Source of the DNA: Lama glama
Lineage: Eukaryota
DNA: 64,000 nucleotides
Assembly: GCA_028534125.1 (NCBI GenBank)
Contig: CM052817.1
Coordinates: 94,552,001-94,616,000, forward strand
Direction: 5' to 3'
Below the pieces are notes generated by a model. It searched no databases, was not told the origin of the DNA, and worked only from the letters and a program-made list of their open reading frames with translations. Every line of letters begins with the position of its first letter. Position 1 is the first letter of the stretch. This document shows, piece by piece, positions 37,891 to 50,964 of the stretch. The position numbers and the translations under genes were made by a program.

Positions 37891-40659
37891 TTGCCATCAG
37901 TACAATACATACAGATGAATGGCAATTCTGTCACTCTCTGCTCTATTTAAGAGTCTTCCCCAACACTGGTTTGTAGATTTTTTTTTTTTTAAATCAGGGG
38001 CCATGTTTGAAAGAGTATTCAGATTTCCTTCAGAATGAGGTCAAATGTAGGGTTCCTGGTCGGAATGAATAGTTTTCGATTAGTCTGAAACCAGAGCAAG
38101 GTATAAAAGAATATCCTATCACTAGAGCTCAGCTGGCAATTTTGCACCTGCATGCTGAGAAATGCAGAAGATGTTTCAGGAAGCAGGAATTGGGAGCCCA
38201 CTCAGTGCAGAGCACCACTACCTGCATCGTGTCCTGAGCCCTGGGCACACCGACCACGGGGAACAGAACCAGGTCTTGAGTTCACTGGCCTGCAGCTACC
38301 CAGGCCTGCATGGAAATCAAGTGCAAGCTGTCAGATAAAGTGCTCAGAAAGAATCACTCAGTTTATACACAAAATATTCTGCAAAATGGTTTAAGTAAAA
38401 CATTCTTGCTCATCATCTTCGACTCCTAATTATTAATTAGACTATCTGGCAATTGTAAAATCCTGACAGCCAGAGCCTTTCTCTATCAGATACTCACTAG
38501 AAAACAGCCATCTGGGGTACAGACAGGGGTAGTGAGGGCAGCACACATCACCCACCACCAGCCAAAAAAACAGCTCTTTGGGTGTTTATGTGCATGGAAA
38601 GTTTTTTGTTTAAACACAATGTGGTTAATAAACACAGATTTATGAAATCCATTCTTTCATCAAAGAACTATGGCAGATTTGAAATCCGTGGATTATATTT
38701 CTGAGTGTTGAAATTCAAAAGGCCAGAAAAAAAATCCCAGGAACAGATTCTTAACAAAAATCACAATTTTTACTGGTTTGGAGATTTACCCTGGCATTTC
38801 TCCTCCATTATGTTTAGGCATCCACGTGTATATTTTCTTGTAGTCTTTTCACGAAAATGATCTGCACAGTCTACCTAGGTTGCCTCGGAATGTAGCCAGA
38901 GAAAGAAACGGTAAAACTAACACATATTCTAAACGTTGGCATTACTAATTTGGGGAGCTGGAATATGCTGTTTGCTTCAAAGATGATCATCAAGAGTATG
39001 TCTTCTTTGAAGTTGAAATATTGCTCATGAAATTTAAGGAACAACACTGTAAATTCTATAGGAAGAAATCTTTTGCTTGGTTTGTGTTTCATTGCATGCA
39101 TAAAGCAATAGAGTGTCTTCAGTTCTCATTGGCTTTATTGTTAATTATGGAAGGTGAAGAGTGGATTTTGCACATGGTTTTCCTTATTTCCATTATTTGT
39201 TCTGATATTTCCCGGATGTTTTCATCCGTCCCAACCCCTTTTTATGGTAACTTTCTGTTGTATTTGTTGCAAGGAACACTGTGTAGTTTCTAAAGTCAGG
39301 TAAAAGACTTAATTTGTTTTAAAAAAGATTTCAAAAAATTTTTTGTATAAAAAAAGTTTGGTTCTGATAAACAAAGGCTTAGCTAGGATTAATTCAGTGT
39401 CTATTCTGGAATATCAAAACTGGTTACCTGAAAAAAGAGTTTCACAGACCTGACTCTTTCAAGCTGATGTGTCTTGTTGATATTGAAAAGTATGGGATAT
39501 AAGCATGTCCAGGGGATGTTTATTGACATGAAGGAAGCAAAGCCGGGGACCCTCACCTGGTAAGCTAGCCACCTGATAGGACTTGAAATATGTATTCTCA
39601 GATCATCCTGTGTGTGTTACTGCCTGTGCAGTAGTTGTGCATCCAAATCACGCTTCCATTATAAGCCCCGTCGTACTTTTCATGCCATCGTATCTTTGTG
39701 TCCATGCTTCCTTCCAGCCTGACCCTCTCATTGCAGAACAGAACTCTAGGTGACCAGGGCCAGCCTGGGCTCCGTAGTTGTCACTGGAAGGAATATCATT
39801 CAATACAGCAGCACTCCTGGCTCCTTGTCCTGCCCCTTACACACTCCTCCTCCTTGTCCATTCCTCCCTTTGATTGGCGGATGACATCTCTTAGTCTGCA
39901 TTTCTTAATCAAAAAGATAAGGCTATTAAAAGGCCGTGTATACTGGGTATTTCTTTTCTTTCCTATCTAAACCATCCAATTCAGCAATTCTAGGTAGAAT
40001 TACATATTTTCACAAAGCCAAGATTTAGTGTGGTGGAGGCATGACTGGTGAACCGAACAAATGATCAAATGAACAAACCAACCATGGATTGTACATCTAA
40101 GCCCTGTCCTCTAACCTAGCTGTTGCATCAAGTTGGCATCCTCATCTCCAACTGCTGACTCCTCTTTCAGATAGTCATAATTCAGGCAATTGTTCAAAAC
40201 TGAGGCGAGGAAAAGGGCTATCCTTTACTGAGCACCCCCAAATCCCAACAATTATGTGAGTAGCTATAATCCAGATTTTCAAATTATTCCACTGATTTCC
40301 TTAGCCTAAAGCTGTTCTCAAATAATGGAGTGTTGCAATATGTAATAATGCTCTGGTTGACAGGGCCTCAGTCTTTAGCAAGAGTCTGGTAGTGTTTCCT
40401 TTTGCTTTCCTACAACTTTTATTAGGTGACTTTTTAGTAGCTATAAAATTGTTGCAGTTTGTAACACCTTATGATTATTTTGTCAGAATTAAGCCCTTTA
40501 AAAAAATCTCCAATTTTCTGCAATATAAAATTTCTCAGAGAACTTCTAGAATTTAAAGTATTTGTATATTGCCAACATGTGTCTGCAATTAAAGTCTTAT
40601 ATTTTAAATGATCAAGTTTACTTGTGCTCAGTAAAGTTGATTTCCAACAACCATGGTAT

Positions 40660-40860
40660 AAGCAATGGTTTGTGAAGTAAACGAACTGGAGTCAAAACAT
40701 GTGGACCCTTATTGCACGAGCTTGGACCCATCACTTCAGTTTTCTGGATGTGTTCACCTTCCCCCGACCTTGAGAAAAATAACACTGGTCTTGCCTACCT
40801 CATAGGGCTGCTTGGAAGGTCCAATGATGTGAACATTGGATGAAAAGAAAAGTGTTGTGC
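40660..40860 (+). mobile_element. MIR-like fragment
   Basis: ctggagtcaaaac...cttgcctacctcatagggctgcttggaagg. Confidence 0.65.
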
Positions 40861-41019
40861 CACTTGATTCGTTTGACTGGTCCTCTCTGTACTGTGCCAC
40901 ATCGCTGACCTCTCATTTTCTCTTGGCATTTGTGATGCTCATTTTCTGGTTTCCTTCTACCACTTTGGCTTCTCCTTTAGCATCTACTGAGCTGACTCAG
41001 CTGGTCCTTTCCTACTAGA

Positions 41020-41535
41020 CCATCCTAGCCTGAGTTTCCTGAAAGGGGATAAAAGCTTGCAGGCAGATAGTTTATTTGGGCCATGATCCTAAGAAGCAAG
41101 GGTAAGAGACAGGAGAGGGCAAAAGGAAAAGAGGGAAAACCAGTGCCAAAAATGAGCTGGCCACCACTTCAGGAAGTTAGTTCTAAATCCTGCAGGAGCT
41201 TTTGAGAAACCTTATGAAATACATCTCAGAACTGTCTGGCTGGGAATGCAATGAGAACACATTTACCCATCATCTCTTGATCTCCCGTTGGGGGCCCCAT
41301 GGGCAATAGATGCTCTTGACTTCCAGAGTACATTTGCACGAGTGCTGAGTGATTCCTAAGAGTATTCCAGGCAGCGCAGCAGAGATGTTCCAGTGTGGGC
41401 CACTAAGAGGTCGTGTCAGCTTGCATCTGTGCAAAGACCGTAGTGGGGTGCATGGAATCAGTCATCGTGACAATGACTGGAGTAAGAGGGAAGTCAAATG
41501 AGCCAGAATGGTGCAAAACGAGTGTAAATATACAG
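41020..41535 (-). mobile_element. ERVL-type LTR (LTR16-like)
   Basis: gcttgcaggcagatagtttatttgggccatgatcctaagaagca...catctcagaactgtc. Confidence 0.6.
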
Positions 41536-41848
41536 ACATCTAGATTCTGGGGTTCCTAAATCCTCTTCTCTCTTAATATGTCATACTCTCCCTAGGTGAT
41601 CACACCTTTTCTTGTGGTTGAAATGATCATCTATAAGCTTATTAATCCCAAATGTATATCATTAGCTTGGATCAGATTTCTGAATTCCATTTTCATTTAT
41701 TCTGTTCTATCCATTGCATCAACTCTAGAATATTTTGAGGAATACACAGTCTATATGGGTTAAACTAACTCTTGATATTCCCCTGCACATCTATTTCTTT
41801 CCTCATCTTTAGCAGCTTAGCAAACACCACTCCAATTGCTTAAGCAAA

Positions 41849-42371
41849 TGCATTACTTATTTTCCGCTGTGTAACGCATTACCACAAAGTTTAGTGGTTT
41901 AAAAGAACAATTTATCTCCCAGTTTCTGTGGGTAAGGAGTACAGAAGCAGATGAGCTGGGTGGTTCTGGCTTGGAATCTGTCATGAAGTTGCAGTTCAGG
42001 ATGTTGCCTGGGGCTACTGTCATTTGACAGCTTGACTAGGCCTAGACTTTCTTCCAAGCTGTGCCCCTCATGTGGATTTTAGCAAGAAGCCCTAGTTTCT
42101 CGATGGCTATTGGCAGGAAGTCTCAGTTTTCTGCCAGAGGGGCCTGTTTGTAGTGTTCCTTATGCCAGAGTAGGTGATCCAAGAAGGAGGAACATTGTAG
42201 ATGCTACAGTGTCTTTTATGACCTTGCCTTGGAAGTCACATGACATCACTTCTGGTATATTCTGTTGGACCCACAGACCAACCCTATTACAGTGTGGAAG
42301 GCAGTGACACAAGGGTGTGAGTGCCGGGAGGTAGGGAAAATTGGGGGCCATGTAGGAGGCTGCCTACCACT
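41849..42371 (-). mobile_element. MaLR (MLT1-type) LTR
   Basis: gctgtgtaacgcattaccacaaagtttagtggtttaaaa...ggaggctgcctaccac; 5-bp TSD gcaaa/gcaag. Confidence 0.85.
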
Positions 42372-43824
42372 GCAAGAAACCAGAGTGTAATCTTTGCTCT
42401 TTCTTCTTCCCAGATCTATTGTCTCAAGTTCTGTTGATTTACCTTGAAAATATATCTCAAAGCTGTTTACTTCTGCCTTCTCTGTCACATCTCCAAGCAA
42501 GATTACCATACTATCTGGCTTGGACTATAGTCTTCTAACTGGGTTTTCTTCTCTCTACTCATGCTTCCTTCTAATCTATTCCTTAGAGTAGCCAGAGTGA
42601 TTTTTGGAAAGTAGATCACATTGTGTCACTCTCACAGTTCTTCAGTCACATCACTCTTAGAATAAAATTCAAACTCTTATTAAGACCTGTTGGACCTTTC
42701 TGGTTCTGAACCCTGCCCATCCCTTTGACCTCAACTCTTGCTACTCTCCCCTAATTCCTTATAATACTGATTTCTGTCTCCTCCTCCTCACAATCTCTTC
42801 ACCAACCACCATCACACCTACTCTCCTTGACGAGCTTTGACTAATCATCAATTATCAGATTAACTCTTAAGGAGACCTTTCCTAGCACCCCAGTTACATC
42901 CCATCCTAGGCCTATCCCCTATTTATGACCCTTACCGATATTTATCATTAGAAACCCTGCTATGCGTTTGTTTGTCTGTCTCAGTGGGCAGAACCTTGTC
43001 TATTTGCTCTCACATGTCTATCCACTGACATGCACAATACTTAGCACAGCATAGTCATTAACTAAACAGCTGTTGAGTAAATTAACGCTTTACCAGAGCA
43101 GCTCTTCCTGTTGTCATGGTTTAAACAAAAAGTGGTCCTGTCTCGCTATGTCAAAATTTCCCACAAGATATGAATGACTGTTTATCAAAGAATAAAGAAG
43201 AATTCTGCTAAAGGAAATAAAATATGGGTCACTGTCCTCATTGCTATAAACTTAATGGAACAAGAGACAAGCAACCAGAAAGATAACAAACACAAACAGA
43301 GAGAAACAAACAAAAAGTTATTTCAACTGAGGCCATTGAGCTCACGAAGGATGTTGTTCTAAGTGAAAATGCCAGCATAGAGTTGCAAGATAGCTGAGTT
43401 CAAGTCTAACTGAAAAACAAATGACTTTACATATACTGTTTTGCTTTCTAGATCATTAATCTACTGACAGGGACAAAACATAAAGATAAAGCTAACATCT
43501 TTGGAAAGTTCATTGCTTCATATGCCGCATCCCGGGCTTGGTGAATCAAAGGCGATCTTTTTATCCAAAATAGTCCTTTTTTCACTCCTAATGGTATCAA
43601 GCTGAAGCTTCTTATGCACAGAAGCACTGAAGTGTTCACACGTGATCTTAACACCACAGGCCATTACTTCACATGAGAGCATTTCAAACTTTTACCAAGT
43701 CATAGCCTGATGGACTGACTTCCCATCCTCTGTCGACATTATTTGTCTTTCACCCACAAGCACTGGCTCTCAGCAGTATACAACTCTCACTCCTTTTTTA
43801 GGAAAATCAGTGTTTTTTTCCTTT

Positions 43825-44048
43825 ATTTTTTTTATTTTTTAACATTTTTTATTGATTTATAATCATTTTACAATGTTTTGTCAAATTCCAGTGTTCAGCA
43901 CAATTTTTCAGTCATTCATGGACATATACACACTCATTGTCACATTTCAAAATTGTAGAATAGATAAACAAGATTACGCTGTATAGCACAGGGAAATATA
44001 CACAAAATGTTATGATAAATCACAGAGAAAAAAATGTGACAATGAGTG
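43825..44048 (-). mobile_element. Young L1 3' end with 5' inversion
   Basis: Antisense 43825-~43946, sense ~43947-44048; TSD g(t)7-9ccttt at 43812-43824 and 44049-44063 followed by AAAA. Confidence 0.92.
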
Positions 44049-46958
44049 GTTTTTTTTTCCTTTAAAATTCAATTGTTATTTATACAATGTCCTTTGTGTA
44101 ACAATCAAAGGCATTGAAATATCACCCCCCCCCATCTTCTTCCATCTTCCCCTCTTCCTTGGCTTCAGTCCCTTTTAGCCACCCACCATCAACCTAGGGC
44201 ATTGTCATTTTTCAAATTCATCCCTGTACAAATTGTTACTTCTATAAACAGGTAACAAACCTAGCTGATGAAGGGAGGAAATGAACTGCTTTAAACCTAT
44301 GAAGGGCCAATTATAACCATTTCATATCTGTATATATACCTATAAAATCAAAAGAGATTTCACTTTCAACTGTTCACTTTCAACTGTTCAACTAAAACCT
44401 CTTTGAGAATATGAACTTTCAGTTTCCTCTATGATTTCTCTTAGCTTAAAGAAGCAAACTTTAAAAAATTACCTTTCCATGGTCAGTTGAGACCTAACTC
44501 CTTGGAATGAACATGTAATTTCTTAGAAGGTGATGAAAGAAACAGTAAAAAGAAAACGAATTTCAGCACTTGGTCATATAAAACATCTCTGGAAGCTCTC
44601 ACTACATCTGCAAAGTTGATCTGGCCTAATGAGCAAGTAAATGTTTCCTGAAGTAAAGGGAAATATATATATTTTAAACCCTATATGCCATTGAAATTGA
44701 GTTACGAATACCTTACAGCAACAGATTGGTGTTCCAAAACAATTTTTTTTCATGCATTTCAGAATTATTGATAGAAAGAGTCCTTAAAAAATATGAAAGG
44801 GAACTTGTTGATAGAATACACATGTTACTATGGTGATATTTTTGGATCATACTGTTTGCCAGGAACATGGTGTAATTCTGGCTAATTTCAGTTCAAATTA
44901 AATGCTGTTGTGACAAAACAGAAATGTCTCTAGGTCACATCAGTGTGATTTTCACTGGGAAATTAGATTATTCTTCATTGGAAACATCAGCTACAAGGCA
45001 TGACCACACAGCTTCATAAATCTTTATGATTTAGAAATGGAAAAATGTGCTCTTGTAATGTAATCGTTGTAACAAGTGTCCTACATTCTCAGGATACTAG
45101 TGTGTAACTAGAAAACAAGTCAGAGCTTCACCCTCCTCACTACTCTCTGGTAAGTCCCTATCAGAGTTCCAGTTACTAGCTGATGAGGCTTGCAGCCCTC
45201 ACCAAGGCGAGATTTCAGTGCACATCTCTTCAGCAACTTCTTTCTCATAGGATGCTTTATGGTAGAGCCTTGCTTTCTTTGATGTCTTCTTGTGGATGTG
45301 CACAAATCATCTGGGAGATGCATCTGTGGTGTCCTCACTGTGCATGAAAGCAGCTGGTGCTGCCATTCACGATGTAGCATTTGGTGACTTTGGACACCTA
45401 GGAGCTAACCCAAATGCACCTTTACCTGATGTCAATAGATGTTCAGAACATTCAGATGTTAGGAAGGAGATGGAACAGATGTTTATTTAAATGATCTTTC
45501 TCGTTTATCTTCTGAGTATGGGCTTTGGCATTGTCCTTTATATTTCTCAAGTATGGATGGAACCAGTACACCCCAACCCTCTGCAGATGGGGCACCTAGA
45601 AAATGGTGAGATTTGTACAGCACCTTGGGGTAGGTGGTTGGAGTTGTTCGAGGCCAGAGGTGACTTACTAAAGGCTTCAGGCACAACTGCCTTCCGGAAG
45701 GACTGAGGCGATCAATATCCCCAAACGCCCATGAACTCTGACCATGACCTGAGCGTGTCAAGGCTGAGGCACGGGAAGCTCTGGCTCACAAGTTTGTTTC
45801 TCTCTCTTTTCCACAGATGCCTGCAGCTACTTCCTCTGAATCTGATGAAATCACCTAGGCCGATTTAAATTGCACAGTCCAGCACTGCCTCCAACATCAG
45901 GAAAGTAATGTGATAAATATGTTTGGATGTTTATCTTTTAGTTCCTACAAACTTTGGCTCTAGGTTAAACATTTTGGTATCATGTTTATTTTTTTAAATA
46001 ATAACAACCACAAGAACCACCCAAGTAACAATGGAAGTACATCTCTTAATTCAATTTGTTATCAACTATAACCCCTGAATGTTAGGTTAGGTCATAGCCC
46101 TGTAATAATTTCCCAGGGGCTAACAAGCATTAGATATATTCTTGAGTCTAAATTTGGGAAATACATTAAGTTCTCTTTAAAGTACGGTAAACCATCAATC
46201 AGATATTTGACCCCCAAACTATAAACCCTTGAAGTGACTTGATGTTTCTGAGTAGAATTAAACCTATTAGTGACCATAATTCTCTTAAAAGAGAATAAAT
46301 AATAAATAAAATACCAAATAAAGTTTGGTAGCTTGTTGTGTCCCATATCTCCAAAGAATAAAGGATACTCTTGGACTTAATTTCTATAATATGTGCACAT
46401 CACACTTTCTCTCTCTCTCACACACACACACACTGCATGTGTGTTCAGTTTCTGTACATGTACATGTATACATGTATATTCACACACACATGCTTACATG
46501 TATATATCCTTAATGAAAAAATACACTCTAAACAATATTTATAGAAACAAGGACTCTATATGTCTCACAGAGGTGAGGGGTTATATGTTGTACTTTATCT
46601 TATTTTAAATATTCTTTCTTTTGTTTAGCGTTTTACTCCATAGATTCAAATGAGATTTAGTACTTTATTTTATTGAGAACAGACAATTCCATGGGTTTCA
46701 TCTCCAGAGTCATCTTGAAACCAATCTGTAAAAATAGTTTTATACAAAAGTGAAAAAACAGATCCTGTTTCCCAAAGTTTTATAGACAGCTTTATTTCTT
46801 TTTTCCCAAAGTAATTTTATCTAGGTCTGCCTAGACCAGGTAGTCCAAAACTCACTCCAGTGTCCCAAGACTAAGAAATTACAATCAGGGAATGTTAAAG
46901 CTGGGAAAAAACATCTTAGAGGTTAACTTGTTTAACCCCATCATTTAAAAATAAACCT

Positions 46959-47252
46959 TGTCCATGAGTCCATTTCTGTCCTGTATTTATGCTTTGTTTT
47001 TGTTTGTTTGTTTGTTTCTGTTCATGGACAGAGAATACAGACTTGTGGTTACCGGGGGGGGGGCGGGGTAGAGGGTGGGAAGGGATAGACTGGGATTTCA
47101 AAATTGTAGAACAGATAAACAAGATTACACTGTATAGCACAGGGAAATATACACAAAATGTTATGATAAATCACAGAGAAAAAAATGTGACAATGAGTGT
47201 GTATATGTCCATGTATGACTGAAAAATTGTACTGAACACTGGAATTTGACAC
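46959..47252 (+). mobile_element. Young L1 3' UTR with short 5' inversion, running into the gap
   Basis: 46959-~47018 antisense L1 text, ~47023-47252 sense text that is the reverse complement of 20095-20320. Confidence 0.9.
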
Positions 47253-47752
47253 NNNNNNNNNNNNNNNNNNNNNNNNNNNNNNNNNNNNNNNNNNNNNNNN
47301 NNNNNNNNNNNNNNNNNNNNNNNNNNNNNNNNNNNNNNNNNNNNNNNNNNNNNNNNNNNNNNNNNNNNNNNNNNNNNNNNNNNNNNNNNNNNNNNNNNNN
47401 NNNNNNNNNNNNNNNNNNNNNNNNNNNNNNNNNNNNNNNNNNNNNNNNNNNNNNNNNNNNNNNNNNNNNNNNNNNNNNNNNNNNNNNNNNNNNNNNNNNN
47501 NNNNNNNNNNNNNNNNNNNNNNNNNNNNNNNNNNNNNNNNNNNNNNNNNNNNNNNNNNNNNNNNNNNNNNNNNNNNNNNNNNNNNNNNNNNNNNNNNNNN
47601 NNNNNNNNNNNNNNNNNNNNNNNNNNNNNNNNNNNNNNNNNNNNNNNNNNNNNNNNNNNNNNNNNNNNNNNNNNNNNNNNNNNNNNNNNNNNNNNNNNNN
47701 NNNNNNNNNNNNNNNNNNNNNNNNNNNNNNNNNNNNNNNNNNNNNNNNNNNN
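47253..47752. other. Assembly gap (500 N)
   Basis: Exactly 500 N; likely a placeholder size. Confidence 1.
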
Positions 47753-47897
47753 TGACATACATTTCAAAAATTTTCTCCTAGAAGAAATAAAAGCAAGAAT
47801 AAACAAATGGGGCCTAATGAAACTTACAAGCTTCTGCAGAGCAAAGGAAACCAGAAATAAAACAAGAAGAAAACCTACGGAATGGGAGAAAATTTTT
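47753..47897 (+). mobile_element. L1 ORF2 fragment
   Basis: 47754 onward translates [48 protein letters not shown] (L1 ORF2 C-terminal region). Confidence 0.93.
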
Positions 47898-48044
47898 TCA
47901 ACTATTTTTAAAATAGAAAAATCTGACTTTTCTATACAATGCTAAAAGAAATCAGTAGAGTCGCAGGGAGAAAAGATAGCTTGCAAACAGTATCATTTAA
48001 TCTAACAGACCAGTAAGTGAGTCGGTACTCCGTTCTTGGATGAC

Positions 48045-50110
48045 AATTTAGCAGTGACGTCATATAGGTGAACTGACACTTCTCGTTTTAGCTCGAGACT
48101 CATATCTAACTGCCTACATGACATTCCCACAAGAATGGGTCTCTGAATGGTTCCTTTCAAGGATGACAACAATAATTTCCCCCATGACTCTTTTCCCCAT
48201 GACTGTGGTGCTCTTCCCCGTAAGAGCAACAGGCTGTTTCTCCTGCCCTTGAATCTGGACTGGTCTCTGCCTTGTTTTGACCAACAGAAGGTGATAGAAG
48301 TCCAAAGTCCAGACACTGGTTTCAAGAAGACTTGCAGCTTCTACTTTCATTTTCTTAGGCTGCTAGCCAGACAGATTGCCATGTAAGGAAACTAGGCTAG
48401 CTTACTGGAGGCTGAGGGACCAAGAGGAAGTGAACTAAGTTTTCCCAGGCAACAGCAAGGACCAGCTGCCAGATGTGTGAATGAACTCAGCTCATGTCTT
48501 CTAGACCATCAAATCCTCTAGCTGAATGCAGCCTCATGAGTGAGGTCAAGTGAGACCAACAAAAGAACCAGCCATACAGACATGTGAGAAATAATAATTG
48601 TGTTGTTTTGAGGTGTTAGGCTTTGGCTTGTCATACAATAAAAGGTAACTGACACAGGCTGCAGGTACGTCACAATTTACATGTATCAAATAGATCTGTT
48701 TTAATCTCCCACCCAAATCTGACCCTCATCCTGAATTCTCCTTCTTCATGCTACCCACTTGCTCAAGCTAAAAATGTTGTGTCATCCTTATTTCCTCCAG
48801 TTTTTCATATTCCCATACAATCCATCAGCAATTCCTATCAGCTTTCCCTCCAAAATATATCTCAAATATGTCTTTTTTATAACTTTGAATTTTTTTGACT
48901 ACTGTGATCCTAAAACATCATCATCTCTTGCATGAATCCCCAAAATAGCCTTTTAGGGGATGTTTCTGTTTCTCCCTGTCGAATTCATTCTCCATATGCC
49001 AGCCAGGGTGAGCTTTTGAAGGCATCAATCAGATCAGGGCACTTCCCTTTTTCATACCATCTGATGGCTTCCTGTCACCCATGCCCTAATATGCAAATCC
49101 TTTGTCATGAGTTGGTCTCTACCAACCTCTGATCTTGTCTTGCATGAGAATATTCTCCTTTTAATTCCCTAACATGCAAGCTCTGTTAGCCACAGGATGT
49201 TTGCACTTATAAGTTCCTACATGGAATCCCCTTCTCTTAGCTCTTCTCAGCCTGGTTCTTTTCAATTCCTATGGTTTCAGCTCAAGTTATCTTCAGAGAG
49301 GTGATTCTTGGCCACATAGCTCAAGGAGTCCCTCGTTGCAGCCAGAGTTCAATTGCAAACATCAAAAATTACTCTTGCTGTTTTAAATTGAAAGCCATTA
49401 GATACTTACTAAATTGTTGGAATGGCCAGGATAGGAGGCTCTATGCTGAGTCCCCAGATGATTATACAAACAACATGCACCAACAGAACTGCTGTTTCTG
49501 CATACTGCAGAAACCAGGGGGTCAGGATGCACTGTCATAACTGCTGGCTGCAGAGTCATACAATATTAACTGCACGTCTAGGAACTAGGAAGCTGGGGAT
49601 GCCATTGTCACCTCCAGGAGTGTACCTGAGGTAAATGCTGGCTCAGGAGCCACTCTGCATCTGCTACATCCTTACCAGAAACATGTGTGCCAGTGCCCAC
49701 CGTCTGCCACTTGACTCGTGTCTGAGTTCAAGTTTTTCATGGGTACCAATGGTTGGTAGAACCTCTATCCCGTCCAGAACTCTAGTTCAAGGGAGTCTAA
49801 AATGTAATTTACAATTGTAGGTCTCTGCAGCTAGAAGGCGTGGTGGAGGGAAGTTGAAGAGACGCTGAGTCCATCAATCTGTCACCTCTGTCCTCCCTAC
49901 CACACTCCTGCTGCCTCCTCTTGCTCCCTATTAATTCCTTCAAGAAACGTATCACAATTTAAAATCACATGTGTGTGTGTATAAAGCTATATGGTGAAAG
50001 AAATCTGTCCATGAATGCGGGGACCTCATTTTGTTCACTGAAGCCTTAGAATGGTAGCCGGCACATGCTAACTCCAACAAATCTTTTTGGAATGAGAAAT
50101 GACTAATAAA
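48045..50110 (+). mobile_element. L2 interrupted by LTR elements
   Basis: gactcatatctaactgcctacatgacatt, caatccatcagcaattcctatcagctttccctccaaaatatatc, gccggcacatgctaactccaacaaatc. Confidence 0.75.
48165..48656 (+). mobile_element. MaLR (MLT1-type) LTR
   Basis: cccttgaatctggactgg...gaccaacagaag...gctgaatgcagcctcatgagtga...aggtaactgacaCA. Confidence 0.85.
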
Positions 50111-50799
50111 ATAAACAAGATAAATAGATAAATAAATAAAGTCATTAAAAATAGTAGTCATTTTATGATGCAACCCTCTGAGGAAGGGTGTCCTTATAAA
50201 TGCCACTGCCCCCTCTGACATGGCCCTCCTGTCCTCAGGTTTAGCCCCAGCCCACAAGCACTCCCCTCTCCGAGTCTCTCAATTTACAACCCCACCAGCA
50301 TCTCTGCCCCTTCTCCTTGCAGGAAGACTCTCTCACTCCTCAGTGAAAGTCTTTCAGAGCATGGGAGCATCCCGGGCATGAGCTGGATATGGACTCTTGT
50401 TTACCTGTATTCCATTTTAAAGTCACGTGGGAGAGAAGGTTAAGGTGAGGAGGGACTGACCAGTTCATGGACAAGAATGAAGGTGGTGCTCCCATCTCTG
50501 CTTCAGTCTTCCCAGCAATGAGAGGTGTGGGCATTCTGGATCTTTACTGAGACCTATTTCCTTATCATATCTTTTAAATATAAGCATTACTTATCATCTT
50601 ATTCAACAACAGATTGAAGAAAGAATGTTCCTCTATTTGAAGAACTCTGACCTTTCTCAATAGACTCCATAGTTCCTCATAATTGTACTGAATTGTTCTT
50701 CCCTTCTTTCTCAGCAAATTAGTGTCATCAACCAAGAACGACACTGACTATTCACATCTTTCTTTGATTACCAGGACATAATGATGCTTCTGATTGAAT

Positions 50800-50964
50800 T
50801 CTTTTTTTTTTAATTCAAGTATAGTTGTTTACAATGTTGTGTTAGTTTCTGGTGTACAGCATAATGATTCAGTTATACATATATATATTCTTTTTCATTA
50901 TAGGTTATTACAAGCTGTTGAATATAGTTCCCTGTGCTATATAGTAGGGCCTTGTTGTTTATCT
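50800..50964 (-). mobile_element. Short L1 3' end
   Basis: aagtatagttgtttacaatgttgtgttagtttctggtgtacagc...gaatatagttccctgtgctatatagtagg. Confidence 0.92.

Larger units (their letters stand above)
40900..43085 (+). mobile_element. L2 interrupted by two LTRs
   Basis: L2 body text at 41540-41848 and 42377-43085 (ttaccttgaaaatatatctca, agccagagtgattttt, tagcacagcatag...tgttgagtaaat). Confidence 0.75.

Noticed and set aside
47049..47806. Longest ORFs in the track (169-237 aa)
   Set aside because: Artefacts of translating through the 500-N gap
48055..48062. Perfect CRE TGACGTCA
   Set aside because: A single 8-mer at the edge of an L2 relic with no supporting context
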